In this document: piece by piece, positions 28,788-39,400 of the stretch | Numbering within the stretch: position 1 is the first letter of the stretch | How the letters are laid out: each line of letters opens with the position of its first letter | The notes under the pieces: generated by a model | Database searches by the model: none | What the model was told of the DNA's origin: nothing | The model's input: the letters and a program-made list of their open reading frames with translations, nothing else | Assembly (NCBI GenBank): GCA_031416315.1 | Contig: JANOTL010000146.1 | Coordinates: 1-64,000, forward strand | Source of the DNA: Pseudomonadota bacterium | GTDB taxonomy: Bacteria > Bdellovibrionota_B > Oligoflexia > Oligoflexales > CAIYRB01 | Length of the DNA stretch: 64,000 nucleotides | Direction of reading: 5' to 3' | Translations under genes and position numbers: made by a program

Positions 28788-30431
28788 ATGTCATTCGCCC
28801 GCACCGCTGCGATCTGCGCGATCGCAGCCTGCATCTCCTGCTCGAACAACCCCGACGAGCCGTCGAGCGCCTCGAAAAAAGCTGCCGCGAAAAAGGCCGC
28901 AGCGAAGAAGGTCGCGACCGCGGATAAGACTGCCACGGCAGGTAAAACCGGCGGGGCGAGCAAGCCCAAAGGGTGCCTCGCGGTGCTCAACGGCAAACCG
29001 ACGAGCAATTACTCATACGTCCTGAAGATGACTTCGCCGAGCGTCTGCACGGTCTCACTCCTCTCGCCTACGACCCTGCTAACGGCGGCTCACTGCATCC
29101 CGCGGGGACTGACCAGTCTCGCCGTCGACGGACTGGGGACGCTGCAGGTTGAGTCGATCACGACGCGCGACTTTTTCGCGGAGGACGCGGCGGCGCTACT
29201 CTCGAACAAGGACAATATCGGACGCGATATCGCGCTGCTCAAGCTCGCGCAACCGATCACTTCACGACCGTACGCAAAACTGTACTTCGGCCCGCTCGCC
29301 ACCGGAGACGCGGTCGAGATCGCCGGATACGGGCTCAGCCAGACGAGCTCCGCCGCCGGCGTCGTCTCGCCGGCGGGAGGGCCCAGCGAGATGCTGTTGG
29401 TGGCTCCCAACAAACTTTTCGCCAGCATCGATCCGGCGCTCATCGTCGTTCTGGCCAAGGATGACGTACAGAACGGCATCAGCATGCCTGGCGACTCGGG
29501 TGGCCCGCTGCTCCGCAACGACGCGATTCTGGGCGTTATGCACAAAGGCTCTTCGAACTTCGCGATGGGGGGCCTCAGTAGCGTCGTGCCCACGACGCCC
29601 GAGATGCTCGACCGCCTCTCGGCCGCGCCGCCGCAGTTTTTCGCCGTCTGGGCCAGCCTGCAGGATCCAGGGGTCCGAGCGTTTCTCGCCGACGCGAAGG
29701 CAGCCGGCTATTCGTGGGACGCAGTCGGGGAGGCGACGGACGATGGGTCCGTAGCGCCGTCGGTGCCAGGCGTCGCTCCGGCAGCCGCGGACGCTGCTCC
29801 ATCGGCCCCGGGCGCGATGCCGCAAACTGGTGCCACAGCAGGCGTGCCCGCGGCGACCGCGGCGGGTGCGAGCGATTGCGATATCGTGACCACTCCGGCT
29901 GCCGCAGCGCCGCCGTCGGCCGCGACCCCAGCGCCCGTAGCCGCCGCCGAAGTCGATAAACCTGGGTCCGAAACCGTCGCCGCGCCAAGTCCGCCCGTCG
30001 TCAGTACGACGCCGACTGCAGGCTCACTAGACCAGGCAACGGTTCAAAGCTATGTCGCAAAGATGAACGCGGTGCGCGCTCAACCGACGACCTGCGGCGG
30101 CGTTGCCGCTCCCGCCGTACCGGCCTTGACCTGGGACGAGAAGCTGTACCAAGCCGCGTTGCGCCATTCCATCGATCTCGAGAGCAAAGGCATCGCCGGC
30201 CATCAAGGCAGCGACGGAAGCATGCCGAACGATCGCATTGCCGCGGCGGGCTATCTTTTCCGAACCGCAGGCGAGAATCAAGCTTCCGGATTCTTCGATC
30301 TCGAGAGCGTGTATGCCGCTTGGCAGTCCAGCCCGGGACACTGCGCGAACAACATGGCGAACTACTATACGCAGTTTGGACTTGCCGCGAAAAATGGGGT
30401 CTGGACTCTGGTCTTCGCGACCCCCCAATGA
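28788..30431 (+). CDS. Lipoprotein: S1 (trypsin-fold) serine protease plus CAP/SCP domain
   Basis: TAAHC, DIALL and GDSGGP triad; Ala/Pro linker; N.VR…LTWD.KL..AA..HS…H.GSDGS…GEN…W..SPGHC.N. Confidence 0.9.
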   Translation: MSFARTAAICAIAACISCSNNPDEPSSASKKAAAKKAAAKKVATADKTATAGKTGGASKPKGCLAVLNGKPTSNYSYVLKMTSPSVCTVSLLSPTTLLTAAHCIPRGLTSLAVDGLGTLQVESITTRDFFAEDAAALLSNKDNIGRDIALLKLAQPITSRPYAKLYFGPLATGDAVEIAGYGLSQTSSAAGVVSPAGGPSEMLLVAPNKLFASIDPALIVVLAKDDVQNGISMPGDSGGPLLRNDAILGVMHKGSSNFAMGGLSSVVPTTPEMLDRLSAAPPQFFAVWASLQDPGVRAFLADAKAAGYSWDAVGEATDDGSVAPSVPGVAPAAADAAPSAPGAMPQTGATAGVPAATAAGASDCDIVTTPAAAAPPSAATPAPVAAAEVDKPGSETVAAPSPPVVSTTPTAGSLDQATVQSYVAKMNAVRAQPTTCGGVAAPAVPALTWDEKLYQAALRHSIDLESKGIAGHQGSDGSMPNDRIAAAGYLFRTAGENQASGFFDLESVYAAWQSSPGHCANNMANYYTQFGLAAKNGVWTLVFATPQ

Positions 30432-30482
30432 GGCAAGGCATGAGCGAGTTTGGAAGATCGACGGGTTCTGGAGGAACGAGTG

Positions 30483-31790
30483 ATGCTTCGATGCAAAGGC
30501 GCGTGGTTTCTGGTCCTAGGGCTCTGCCTGCCCACGGCATGCAACGAGGCCAAGTTCGACGGTAAAGACTCCAAAGCTAAAAAGGTTGCGAAGCCGGGTG
30601 CGCCGGCTGCCGTGCCGTCGGCACCTGTCGCCTCGGGCGGTCTCGCGACGGTCGGTGGACGCGTGTCGGTCGTTTACGACATCGATCTACCGGAGGCGGC
30701 GCCAATTGCCGGCACCTTCAGCGAGCACTACCGCAGCATCGACCTAGGTCTGCCGCCCGGAGTGCCGACGCCTTTCGGCTGCATTACCGCGATCCCGGGG
30801 CAATCGGAGAGCATCTTGGTCGGCGGGGGCGCCAACAGTCCGGAAGGCAAGCTCTACAAAGTCGCCATTCGTCGCGACGGGCTCGGCCACATCGCCGGCT
30901 TCGACGGCCAGGCCGAAGAGATCGCGCCCGCGCCCTACAACGACGGGGGCTGCGTTTTCCTGACGCCGGACCTGCTCCTGATGTCCAAATGGCCGGTTCA
31001 CCAACTGGCTTTAGTTTCGCTCGCCACGAAGAGCGTTGTCGGCTCAGTGGCGCTCCTCAACGTCGGCATCCCGACGGCCGGACAGGCCGCCAACGAGTCC
31101 AGCGCCGCCATCGCGGTCATTCCGGGCGCCTCCCCGCCGGGGAGCCGGATCAAGATCATGACCTGGCCCTCGGGGCGCATGTTCGAGGCGCAGGTTTCCA
31201 TCGAATCTGGCTTGGTGATCTCAAACGTCGTGGAGAGCGGCGTTCTGGCGACCGTCGGTCCGGAAGGCATCGCCTATGTGCCGCCGGGCTCGCCGGGGAT
31301 CGTCGGCACCGCGGCGATCGTCGCCGAGTGGAGCCGCGGAGCCATCGCCGTCTACCAGACCGACGCGCAAGGCGTGTTGAATCCCGAGAGCCGGCAAGAG
31401 GTTCTGCAGCTCAAAGGCGCGGAAGGCGCGTACTTCGACCCGATCTCGGGCGACTTTCTGTTCTCGACCTTCGGCAACGGCGCGGCCGAGCGCATCGTCG
31501 GCTTGCGCGGATTTGCGCGGACGCCGGGCGAATCGAATTTTACGGTGTTCGACGGTAGCGCCTTTGTCGACCTCGACGGGAACGGCACGCTCAGCGCCAA
31601 TGATCCGAGCGCGGTCGTAAACATTGCGGGACTCTTTCAAATCAGCGGCGTTCCCGCGGGCGACTGGAATGTCGGGCTCGAGGTCCGATCCGCGCACTCG
31701 ATCAGCACGCCGCTGTCGGGGAGTGTCCCGGTAAGCGTCGTTCCGAGCGGCGTCCACGCAGGAATTGACTTCAAGGTGCAGCCGAAATAG
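30483..31790 (+). CDS. Lipoprotein with a propeller-like domain and an SdrD-B-like C-terminus
   Basis: GGAGGA RBS; PTAC lipobox; GPEGIAYVP and GAEGAYFDP; FVDLDGNGTL…G.FQISGVPAGDW. Confidence 0.75.
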   Translation: MLRCKGAWFLVLGLCLPTACNEAKFDGKDSKAKKVAKPGAPAAVPSAPVASGGLATVGGRVSVVYDIDLPEAAPIAGTFSEHYRSIDLGLPPGVPTPFGCITAIPGQSESILVGGGANSPEGKLYKVAIRRDGLGHIAGFDGQAEEIAPAPYNDGGCVFLTPDLLLMSKWPVHQLALVSLATKSVVGSVALLNVGIPTAGQAANESSAAIAVIPGASPPGSRIKIMTWPSGRMFEAQVSIESGLVISNVVESGVLATVGPEGIAYVPPGSPGIVGTAAIVAEWSRGAIAVYQTDAQGVLNPESRQEVLQLKGAEGAYFDPISGDFLFSTFGNGAAERIVGLRGFARTPGESNFTVFDGSAFVDLDGNGTLSANDPSAVVNIAGLFQISGVPAGDWNVGLEVRSAHSISTPLSGSVPVSVVPSGVHAGIDFKVQPK

Positions 31791-31813
31791 CGAGCGGGTC
31801 GAAGCGCGGCTCT

Positions 31814-31864
31814 CGCCCTCATCACGGACGCGATCCAGCACCGCGACTGAAGCGGGTCGCGACC
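31814..31864 (+). repeat. Direct repeat B, copy 2 (cysQ 3' end)
   Basis: 51 bp; 3 mismatches to 27202-27252. Confidence 0.92.
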
Positions 31865-32661
31865 TCGCGCGCGAGCGCGACGTCACCGGCGGCGACGAAG
31901 CCCGGGTTGCGCAGCGAGCCGGTGCGATAGGCGAGGGGCGCGCCGTCGAATCGCAGGATCACGCCCCCGGCTTCCTCGAGCACGAGCTGCGGCGCTGCGA
32001 TGTCCCAAAGGCTAGTCTCGCCGCGGCGCACGTGAGCATCGGCTTCGGCCGAGGCGACAGCGCAATACTTCAACGAGCTGCCGACTGCGCGAAAGCTGGC
32101 GGCGGGCCACGCGTCCCGCACGGTCGCGGCTTCGTCCTTCGCGTGATTGCGGCTGATCAGGAAGACGGGGCCGACGGCGCCCGCGCCGCGGCTTCGCACC
32201 CGTAGTCGTGACGCCCCCGCGATGCCCTCGGCCGATAGCCAAGCGCCTTCGCCCAATGATGCGGCATAAACCTTCTTCGCGACCGGAGCCGCGACGACGC
32301 CGAGAACCGGCTTTCCGTCCTCCATCAACGCCACGTTCACCGCGTACTCGCCGCTCCCCGACAAAAAGTCTTTCGTCCCGTCGAGCGGATCCACGAGCCA
32401 ATACCGCGGGGCCTGCATCGCGACCGCGAGCATCTCCCTTTCAGTCTGGCCGGACTCCTCGGAAAGCACTGGAACGCCGCTCAAAAGTTGGGCGAGCTCG
32501 CGCTCCAAAATCACGTGCGCCGCCTTGTCGGCTAAGGTCACGGGCGACGCATCGCCCTTCGTCTCGACGCCGAGCACGCCGCCGTTCTGAACTTGCACGA
32601 TGGCCCGCCCCGCGGCTGCCGCAATCGCAACCACCCGCTCCATCAGATCTTTTCGGCTCAC
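31822..32661 (-). CDS. cysQ: 3'(2'),5'-bisphosphate nucleotidase CysQ
   Basis: K.DASPVTLAD, LSEE, WLVDPLDGTKDF, GSSLK and WDIAA. Confidence 0.92.
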   Translation of the reverse strand: MSRKDLMERVVAIAAAAGRAIVQVQNGGVLGVETKGDASPVTLADKAAHVILERELAQLLSGVPVLSEESGQTEREMLAVAMQAPRYWLVDPLDGTKDFLSGSGEYAVNVALMEDGKPVLGVVAAPVAKKVYAASLGEGAWLSAEGIAGASRLRVRSRGAGAVGPVFLISRNHAKDEAATVRDAWPAASFRAVGSSLKYCAVASAEADAHVRRGETSLWDIAAPQLVLEEAGGVILRFDGAPLAYRTGSLRNPGFVAAGDVALAREVATRFSRGAGSRP

Positions 32662-33542
32662 CGCGCCACGTTCCGGCTTTTGAAGGCCTGCATCCGGCGC
32701 AAGTTTTGCGAGTTCACCAGCTCGGTGAGATAGCGCGTCAGCACCATCAGCTGCTTGTCGGTGACGAACTCGAAGCTCACGCCTGCTTGAGTTCCCGAGA
32801 TGAACACGCGCCGCACCTTCGCCGAAAGCTTCAGGTAGTCGCCTTCGGTCGGTGGCAGAAAGGTCGCGATGGGCACGTGGATCTTCAGCTGCTCGCCCGG
32901 GTGAAAGATCCGGCCGTCACCGGACTTCACCAGAGCTCCGTGGATGCTCAGATCGATGACCGAGCCCTCGAGAAAGCGGTCCTCATGCAGGAGGAAGTAG
33001 CTTACCGGGATGTCCACCTTGTAGCGGCGGCTCTTCCGGCGATTCTGGTTCATCAGGCTCGCACGAATCTTGCTGAACACGTGGCCCGGCACGGCCTTCG
33101 CGTAGTTCAAATAGTCGTCGACCTCCTGGAACGGCAGGAGGGTCGTGGTGTACGTCTTGATGAGGTCCTCAGGCGACCGCGTCAGGAACAGGACCGGCGT
33201 CGCCGAGGCCGTTCGTTTCTTCTTCAGATCGCGGACGAGATCCATGCATTGGTTCAGGTCGGCGCCGAACTCGTCGTCGATCACCAAGAGCACGACCTGG
33301 CGCGCGAACTGTTTTTTCAGGTCTTCCGGCGTTTTCGGATGACTGATCGCCAGCTGCTTGAACTGCACCTTCAGGAATTGGTCGATGCCGGCCTGAAGGT
33401 CCTGCGAGATGTTCTTCCCGCAGGCGACGAGCACGTAGCTCTTCCTTTTCTTCCGCGGCGCCTGGAGGTACTCGGCGACGCGGTTCTTGCTCGGTTTTTC
33501 GTCGCCGCCCGCGCCGCCGGGAGCGCCGTCATTTTGCGCCAT
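32658..33542 (-). CDS. PilZ-domain protein with an N-terminal receiver-like domain
   Basis: RKSRR (RxxxR) and DLSIHG (DxSxxG); LLVIDD…PVLFLT. Confidence 0.8.
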   Translation of the reverse strand: MAQNDGAPGGAGGDEKPSKNRVAEYLQAPRKKRKSYVLVACGKNISQDLQAGIDQFLKVQFKQLAISHPKTPEDLKKQFARQVVLLVIDDEFGADLNQCMDLVRDLKKKRTASATPVLFLTRSPEDLIKTYTTTLLPFQEVDDYLNYAKAVPGHVFSKIRASLMNQNRRKSRRYKVDIPVSYFLLHEDRFLEGSVIDLSIHGALVKSGDGRIFHPGEQLKIHVPIATFLPPTEGDYLKLSAKVRRVFISGTQAGVSFEFVTDKQLMVLTRYLTELVNSQNLRRMQAFKSRNVAR

Positions 33543-35100
33543 GACCCGGCTCCAACTGCCAGGAGACGACGTGCTTGAAGAAGGCGAAAGGCTCGACCCG
33601 CACGCCGCTGAGGCGCGTGTTGTGCGCCGCGTGGTGCATCAAGGTCCACAGGTAAGTGTACGGCGCCTCGTCCGCAAGAATCGCGTGCAGCTTGTGATAG
33701 ATCGCCCGCCGCTTGTCGAAGTCGTTCGTGGCGTCCGCCTCGGTGAGGAGGGAATCGACCTCCGGGTTCTGGTACATCACGAAGTTGTTGCCCCAGGACT
33801 TCGCGCTCGAGCTGTGAAACAAGCTCGTGATGTTGCTCGCGTCGTCGAAGCTCCACGAGGCGACGGTCACGTCGTAGTCGTGCTCTTCCAGGACCTTTTT
33901 CTTCCAGACGAGCCAGTCCATGAACTGTAGCTCGACCTTGATACCGATCTCTTCGAGGTAGCCTTGAAAAGCGAGCACGATGCGCTTGATCATCTCGCTC
34001 TCACCCGCGAGCGGCACGGCGAAGTTGAGCGTGATGTCCTTGCCTGCGAGCCCGGCCGAGGCGAGCAGCGCCTTGGCGCGCGCCACGTCGTGCGCCATCG
34101 GCTTCACGTCGAGGTTGTAGGCCCATGAGGTCGGCGGAAAGGGCCCGGAGATGAGCCGGCCCTTGCCCTGGAAGAAGGCCTCCATCATCTCCGCGCGATT
34201 GACCGCGTAGCTGATCGCCTGACGCACGCGCTTGTCCTTCAAGACGCCGCGTTGCGTGTTCATACCGAAGAACGAGAACGAGAGCGCGTCGTAAGGCACG
34301 ACGCTCAGCTTCGCGTCGCCCAGGACCTCGCCCAAGTCCCGCGGGCTCACGTACGTCACCAGGTCCAGCGAGTTGAACATCAAGGACTGGGCCATGATGC
34401 TCTGATCCGCGTAAGACTTCATGACGAGGTCGTCGATCGCCGGCTTGCCGCGGTAGTACCGCGCGTTCGCCTTCAGCAGGACCTCGCCCTGCGCATTCGT
34501 CTTAACCAAACTGTACGGGCCGGTTCCGATGGGGCTCTTGGCGAAGGCGCTGTCGCGCGACAAAGCCGGCGCGGAGCCCACGACGTGATTCGGCAGCACT
34601 TTGAACATGAGCGCGCGCAAAGGATCGACGAGAGCTCGATGAAGATGCACCGTCACCTTGTGGGCGTCGACCTTTTCCGCCGACTTCAAGACTGCGAAGC
34701 GCTCCTTGTTCGGGATCGCGCTCGCGGGGGCTATGAGAAGGCGCACGGTGGCAACGATGTCGTCCGCCGTCAACTTCGCGTCGGTCTTGCCGGCGCCGTC
34801 CTGCGGATGCCACACGACGTCGTCCCGCAAAGTGAAGGTCACCTGCGTGCCGCCGTTCTCGACCGTCCAGCTCTTCGCGAGCGACGGAACATACGCGCCG
34901 CCCGGTCCGACCTCGACCAGCGAATCGAAGAGCAGGTCCGCAAGGCGCTGGCCGGAGCCTTCGTGCACCGTATACGGATCGAAGGTGTCGAGGCGCGTCG
35001 TTTCGCCGTAAACAAGCTGGCCGTCGGTAGCGCCCAACGCAAGCTCGCTGCCGGTCAGGAGGAGGCTCACACAACCCAGTTTGATCAACGCGTTCTTCAT
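33529..35100 (-). CDS. Family-5 ABC solute-binding protein (peptide/nickel class)
   Basis: Signal peptide; PSLAKSW…FTLR, PIGTGPY, DKRVRQAI and Y.NPEVD.LL. Confidence 0.92.
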   Translation of the reverse strand: MKNALIKLGCVSLLLTGSELALGATDGQLVYGETTRLDTFDPYTVHEGSGQRLADLLFDSLVEVGPGGAYVPSLAKSWTVENGGTQVTFTLRDDVVWHPQDGAGKTDAKLTADDIVATVRLLIAPASAIPNKERFAVLKSAEKVDAHKVTVHLHRALVDPLRALMFKVLPNHVVGSAPALSRDSAFAKSPIGTGPYSLVKTNAQGEVLLKANARYYRGKPAIDDLVMKSYADQSIMAQSLMFNSLDLVTYVSPRDLGEVLGDAKLSVVPYDALSFSFFGMNTQRGVLKDKRVRQAISYAVNRAEMMEAFFQGKGRLISGPFPPTSWAYNLDVKPMAHDVARAKALLASAGLAGKDITLNFAVPLAGESEMIKRIVLAFQGYLEEIGIKVELQFMDWLVWKKKVLEEHDYDVTVASWSFDDASNITSLFHSSSAKSWGNNFVMYQNPEVDSLLTEADATNDFDKRRAIYHKLHAILADEAPYTYLWTLMHHAAHNTRLSGVRVEPFAFFKHVVSWQLEPGHGAK

Positions 35101-36410
35101 GACTTCGCTCCGAGATAATGAATCTTCGTTCTGAGTCGACTCTCAGTCTGAAGCTGTGTGCCCTGGTTAGTCAGTGCCACGAAAACACGGTCCCAGACGC
35201 CCACTTGCGCCCGGAAACTGAGGATGCCCAGCTTCGACATCAAAATGTCGCGGTTCATCCGCGTCTTGGTCTTGAACATATAGGCGCGGCCCGTGAACAG
35301 ATCGTACGCGTGAATCGGGTTGAACACCGAAGGATCCCGCTTCACGAAGAAGATCTTCCGGCTGTCCGGCGACCACGCGGGCCCCGTGTTGAGGTCGATC
35401 ACAACGTCCTCGGCGACGACCATCGTCATCAACTCGCTTTCCTTGAACGTCCGGCCCCCGTCGGTCGGCACGACGTGGATGTTCCACTTCCGGACCCCGT
35501 CGCCTCCCGCCTCGCCCGAGTCGGAATAGAATGCCACGTAGCGCCCGTCCGGCGATACCGTCGGCCGCAAGTCGTCCCGGGCCCACTGCGTCAAAGGCCG
35601 CGCCTTCGCCCAAGGCGAGCGCCGGTCGGGCCGCTCGACCAGATACAAGTCGTGGTTCAAGGCGTCACCGCTCGCAAACACGATCCGGTTCCCGTTCGGG
35701 AACCACTCGGGAAAGATGTCGACCGAGTCCGTCGCTGAAAGACGCTCGACGTCCTTCGACTTGAGGTCCACGAGGTAAATGTCGCCGTTCCCCGACCGCC
35801 CCGAGACGAAGGCGATCTCATTCGTGGACGGGCTCCAAGTCGCGTAGCCCTCTTTCGTCTGACTCTTCGTGACCGGTTTTTCCTTCGCGCCGATCGCACC
35901 GACATAGATGTTGTACTCGCCGACGCCGCCGTTAGACATGAAGGCAAAGCGCGTCGAGTCGCGGGACCATCTCAGGCCGGCGTTGTACGACTGCGCCGAC
36001 TTCACCACCATGCCGTCGAGAAAGTCGTCCCGTCCCTTCGGCACCATCTGCAGGTCGCGCGCGTAATTGCCCGCGAGATCCTTCAGCATGATCTTTCGGA
36101 AGCCGTCCGTGATCACCTCGAAGCCGAGGTACACCCCGTCTGCCGACCAGCTGAGGTTGGCCTCGTTGAACCGAGCCTCCTCTGGGTTCAGCTGCTTCAC
36201 CTCGATGAGGTTGAGGTCGCTACGCGCTTCGTCGAGCGACGGGTACTTCCTCACGTAATCCGTCGCGGTCGGGAAAAATTTGTTCACGAACGGCGGGAAA
36301 TACTCGCCGTCCTTCGCCACGAACTCCGTGAGCGGCACGCCGGTCGTCTCGACGGTCGTACAGCCGCCGGAAGTCAGGATCGCAATCGCGAGTAAGAAGG
36401 CCTTGCGCAT
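35097..36410 (-). CDS. TolB-like (PD40) beta-propeller lipoprotein
   Basis: SGGC lipobox; repeated P.WSPDG..IAF.S…DIY motifs. Confidence 0.85.
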   Translation of the reverse strand: MRKAFLLAIAILTSGGCTTVETTGVPLTEFVAKDGEYFPPFVNKFFPTATDYVRKYPSLDEARSDLNLIEVKQLNPEEARFNEANLSWSADGVYLGFEVITDGFRKIMLKDLAGNYARDLQMVPKGRDDFLDGMVVKSAQSYNAGLRWSRDSTRFAFMSNGGVGEYNIYVGAIGAKEKPVTKSQTKEGYATWSPSTNEIAFVSGRSGNGDIYLVDLKSKDVERLSATDSVDIFPEWFPNGNRIVFASGDALNHDLYLVERPDRRSPWAKARPLTQWARDDLRPTVSPDGRYVAFYSDSGEAGGDGVRKWNIHVVPTDGGRTFKESELMTMVVAEDVVIDLNTGPAWSPDSRKIFFVKRDPSVFNPIHAYDLFTGRAYMFKTKTRMNRDILMSKLGILSFRAQVGVWDRVFVALTNQGTQLQTESRLRTKIHYLGAKS

Positions 36411-36415
36411 GACTC

Positions 36416-39400
36416 TCACTGATTCGAGACGTTTTTCGCCGCGCCCAAGGACGCTTGCGCCTGCCGGTAGTATACCTGCGCATTCTCCACGTAGGCCTTG
36501 CTCGCACCCTCCGCGGGAAGCGACCTCGCGCTTCCATCCAGGTAGCTGCGCCAAGTCCTCACCGTGTCCGCCAAGCCCGCCTGATCCTGAGACATCAGCC
36601 AAAGCTTGTGCCGCGCCAGGGCGCGATGGAAATCGACGTTGTGCACCGCTTGCGCATACTGCTCCGCCATGACGAAGCGAAGCTGCGGCACGACGTTCTC
36701 GAGAACTTCGATGGCCTTTTTGTAGTGCGCCGCCGCCGCCTGCGGCTGATCCGTCCCCAGCTTCTCCGCCGTCTCGAAGAGCGCGATGCCCTCGTCGACG
36801 TGCGAGCCGATGAAGCGCTTGTCCATGAACTGCTTGACCCCTTCATCCGCCGTCACGAGCCCGAACGCCTCGGCCGCCTTCGCCGGCTGATCGAGCACGT
36901 TCAGGTAGATCTCGCCGGCTTCGTGCCGCGCCAAGAGATAGTCCGAATGCGTCTTCGGAATCGCCTCGTAGGCGGCGAGGGCGTCCTCGACCTTGCCCTC
37001 TTTCAGCAAGCGTTGCGCGATGGTCCTTTGGTCCGACTCCAGCTGAATCGCGTTGGCTCCCGTTAAATCCAGTGTGCCCTGATCCAGCTCGAGGACCTGG
37101 GAATAGGACTTGTAACCGCCACCCGGCGCTTCGATCTCGACCTTGACGAAGCCCGAAGGCACCGGGATCGGCGTCGCCAGCGGCGTCTTCCCGATCAGCT
37201 TGCCTTCCACCTTCACCGCCGCGCCGGTCGGCACGGAGTCGACGCGCAGGAACGCCGTCTCACGCTTCACCGAAACGTCGAGACGCGACTGCGAGGTCAG
37301 GGCGACCGACTTCGACACCGGCTGAAAGCCGTGGCGAATCACCTTGATCGTCCCGGTCCCGGTCGCGTCCAGATACAAGCGCCCTTGATCGTCCGTCGCC
37401 CCGATCCAGGCGTCGTTGAAGTAGACGTTCGCCTGCGGAATCGGGTCCGACCCCGAGCCCTTCAGATTCCCCGACACGCGAATCTGAGCGCCGCCCGCTT
37501 CCATCACGCGCCGCGGCCGTAGCGCCACGAGGTCGCCGCGCTCGATCGTGGCGCGGGATACGAGACCCTGCACCGCGCACTTTGCCGTCGTGTCGAAGAC
37601 CTCGCGGATCACGAGCCGCGCGATGTTTTTTTGCTCCTGGACCAGGCCCTTGTTCGCCGAAACGACGCCGTAAACATCCAGAACGTCTCCGGCTTTCACG
37701 CCGCGGCCGGCGCCGTAGCCGAGGTTGATCACGACCTTGTCGGCTTCCTTCGACAACACGGCGCCCTCGAAAGGGAAGGCGCGCGTGATCTTCTTCGCCA
37801 CCACGGCGACCGCACGGTCGACGGAGGCTTTGTCGTTCACGTTGTCGAGATCTTCCTTCGCCGCGGCGATCACGCGTCCGGCGCTGTCGACGACGCTCAA
37901 TTCCAAGCTCGGCTTCGGGCCTGGGATGATCGTCGGCAAGAGCAAGGCGTCGACCGTCGCCTTCAGGTCCGTGTCGCCCCAACCCTGACGCAACATCTGC
38001 GGCAAGCCGCGCCCGATGCGCTTCGACGCGCGATCGAGCAAAGCGATCGGATACTCTTTGAACGCCGCGGAGGAGAAAAGGTGCTTCCGCGCCGCTGACT
38101 TCACTGCATCGTCCAAAGGACCCTGCAGCGCCGCCGCCGCCTTCGCATCGACCGCGCCGGCTGGCTGCGGCATGAGCACGGCGACGCGCACCGACGGCGG
38201 ATCGGCCGGCGTGAACGGCCGCACCAGCTTCATCGGCCCCGTGGCGACGAAGTCGGTCTCGTAGGTTTCGGGCAGGTAACCTTTCGATTTCAGGGTCACC
38301 GTGATCAAATCGTCGGCTTTCCCCTCATAGACGTGCGAATAGCGGCCGAATCGGTCGGTGACGCCGACGCGCTTGTCGTTGACGTAGATCTCCACGTCCT
38401 TCAAGCCGGTGGTGAAGTTGTAGGCCTTCGTCACCGTGAAGATGTCGATCGTCTGGCCGCGCTCGAGGTCGATCTTCAGGATCTGCTTCTCGTCGACCGT
38501 CGCCGTCACGCTCTTCGTCTTGAAGCCCTGCTTCACTGCGACGAAGGTGACCGCGCCCTCCGGCTTCTCCGGGAAGCGGATGGCGCAACGCCCGCGGGCG
38601 TTCGTGGTGCATGCGACCTTCAGGTCGCCGTCTTCGTCCTGACCGAGGAGCACCTGCGCCTCAGCGACGGGCGCTTCGCCAGCGAAGACGTGTACCGTGA
38701 AGACGTGCGCGCCCTGGTCGGGACGATGCGGCTTCGGATACACCGCCGGCTTTTGCTCGGCGACGAAATCGAGGTTCACCGCAGCGAGCTCAGGCTTCGG
38801 ATTGACGATGGACTGCTCGATCGTGCCGATGGCCGCAGGCGCGGCCGGCTCATCCGCCGCCGGCTCCTCGGCCGCCAGCTCCTCGGCCGCGCCGTCGCCT
38901 TCGGGCGCGGCAATTTCGGCCGCCACATCCGTCGCCTTCGCCGCTTCCGCCGCCAAAACCGCGGTCAGATCCTCATCCTTCGGTGGCGCCGCCTCGACCT
39001 TGGCTTCTGCCTCCGCGCTCGCGCTCACGCCCGTATCCGTAGTCGTAGTCGGACTCGCAGTCGGACTCGCCCCCACATCCTTAGCCCCCGCCACCTCATT
39101 TGCCGAAGGCTTCGGCACGAAGTAAAGCGTCGCCGCCACGTCCAAGTCCAACGGCTTGGCGTCGCCTACCGAAAACGTCTCGTAGTAAGGCGCGAAGTAG
39201 TACTGCGCGCTTTCCTTCTTCACCTCGAGCCGCCGCCGCGCGCCGACGGGAAGATCGGTGTCTCCCTCGAAGAGCCCGAGCGCGTTCGTCCTGCCGAGCT
39301 CGATGCCGTCGAGCGCGACAATCGCCGCGCTCACGGGATCGCCTTGATTCGTCTTCGCCTCGACCCGGAAGCGCACACGCGCTTCGCGCTTCATGCAGCT

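Larger units (their letters stand above)
27253..31813. mobile_element. Putative inserted cassette 2 (three lipoprotein genes), bounded by direct repeat B, no mobility gene
   Basis: Flanking 51-bp repeats; AT-rich spacers; visibly less biased codon usage. Confidence 0.6.
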
